Shown: one piece after another, positions 57,683 through 57,754 of the stretch
Numbering within the stretch: position 1 is the first letter of the stretch
How the letters are laid out: every line of letters starts with the position of its first letter
Source: Oscillospiraceae bacterium
GTDB lineage: Bacteria; Bacillota; Clostridia; Oscillospirales; Oscillospiraceae
Assembly: GCA_963639765.1 (NCBI GenBank)
Contig: CAVHXA010000011.1
Coordinates: 1-57,754, forward strand
DNA length: 57,754 nt
Reading direction: 5' to 3'
Program-made: the position numbers and the translations under genes
The notes under the pieces: model-generated
What the model saw: only the letters and a program-made list of their open reading frames with translations
Told to the model about the DNA's origin: nothing
Database searches by the model: none

Positions 57683-57714
57683 AATAACCGCTCCGCCAGA
57701 GCAGAACGGTTATT
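57683..57714 (-). terminator. weak AT-rich hairpin with minus-strand T-tract (terminator of an upstream minus-strand gene outside the window, preceding the hyd promoter region)
   Basis: AATAACCG (57683-57690) / CGGTTATT (57707-57714), 16-nt loop. On the minus strand it is followed by CCTTTTTTAT. Confidence 0.35.
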
Positions 57715-57754
57715 TTTCAGATTTGTGGATGTTTTCTGATCGACTTCTTTGAGG

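Noticed and set aside
1-57754. CRISPR arrays, rRNA, tRNA
   Set aside because: Scanned for short regularly spaced direct repeats, tRNA T-loop signatures (GGTTCGAATCC-like) and rRNA-like conserved blocks. None seen. The only tandem repeats are the in-frame coding repeats (HD and GGP) described in the features.

Overview
This 57.7-kb window is a chromosomal segment from a Gram-positive anaerobe, probably a Clostridia/Oscillospiraceae-type organism (about 55-57% GC, Shine-Dalgarno sites GGAGG/AAGGAG, [FeFe] hydrogenase present). It is densely coding, mostly housekeeping, with several accessory islands. Reading left to right:

- The last 24 codons of a tyrosine recombinase/integrase gene abut the 3' end of guaA, a known integration hotspot. 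guaA itself has a degenerate glutaminase domain. nrdR, a GntR/HutC regulator, a DUF1113 membrane protein and a large beta-helix protein follow.
- A DUF1836-NfeD-flotillin operon with a His/Asp-repeat insert in NfeD.
- A radical-SAM (YhcC-like) gene, a DUF951 gene, rarA and nth.
- An operon of coaX, a lipoprotein, a DUF2207 protein and an orphan OmpR-type response regulator. The DUF2207 protein lacks an in-frame start for its apparent signal peptide.
- An Opp/Dpp-type ABC transporter in the order B-C-D-F-A.
- A Sel1-repeat protein.
- A LysR regulator divergent from a sodium:solute symporter and a two-subunit (AtoDA-like) CoA-transferase.
- The most unusual locus, at 29.7-36.4 kb. An AraC regulator is divergent from four co-directional genes. 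The first is a (Gly-Gly-Pro)n-repeat protein of a different fold; the next three are tandem paralogous NTF2/SnoaL-like proteins, the last of which also carries a (Gly-Gly-Pro)n tract. A large orphan solute-binding lipoprotein follows.
- rpe, then an xpaC-telA-lemA-TPM envelope-stress cluster, then mnmG-tatD.
- radC-uvrB-uvrA, then an alpha/beta hydrolase and a DEDD exonuclease.
- A HydABC-type electron-bifurcating [FeFe]-hydrogenase operon on the minus strand: a NuoE-like subunit, a histidine-kinase-like ATPase, a [2Fe-2S] ferredoxin, a NuoF-like subunit and HydA. HydA has a non-canonical H-cluster L1 motif, TSCSP instead of TSCCP. Palindromic candidate operator sites lie upstream.

No rRNA, tRNA or CRISPR was found. 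Several strong intrinsic terminators and near-consensus sigma-A promoters are annotated. Coordinates of hairpins and promoters were read by eye and may be off by 1-2 nt.
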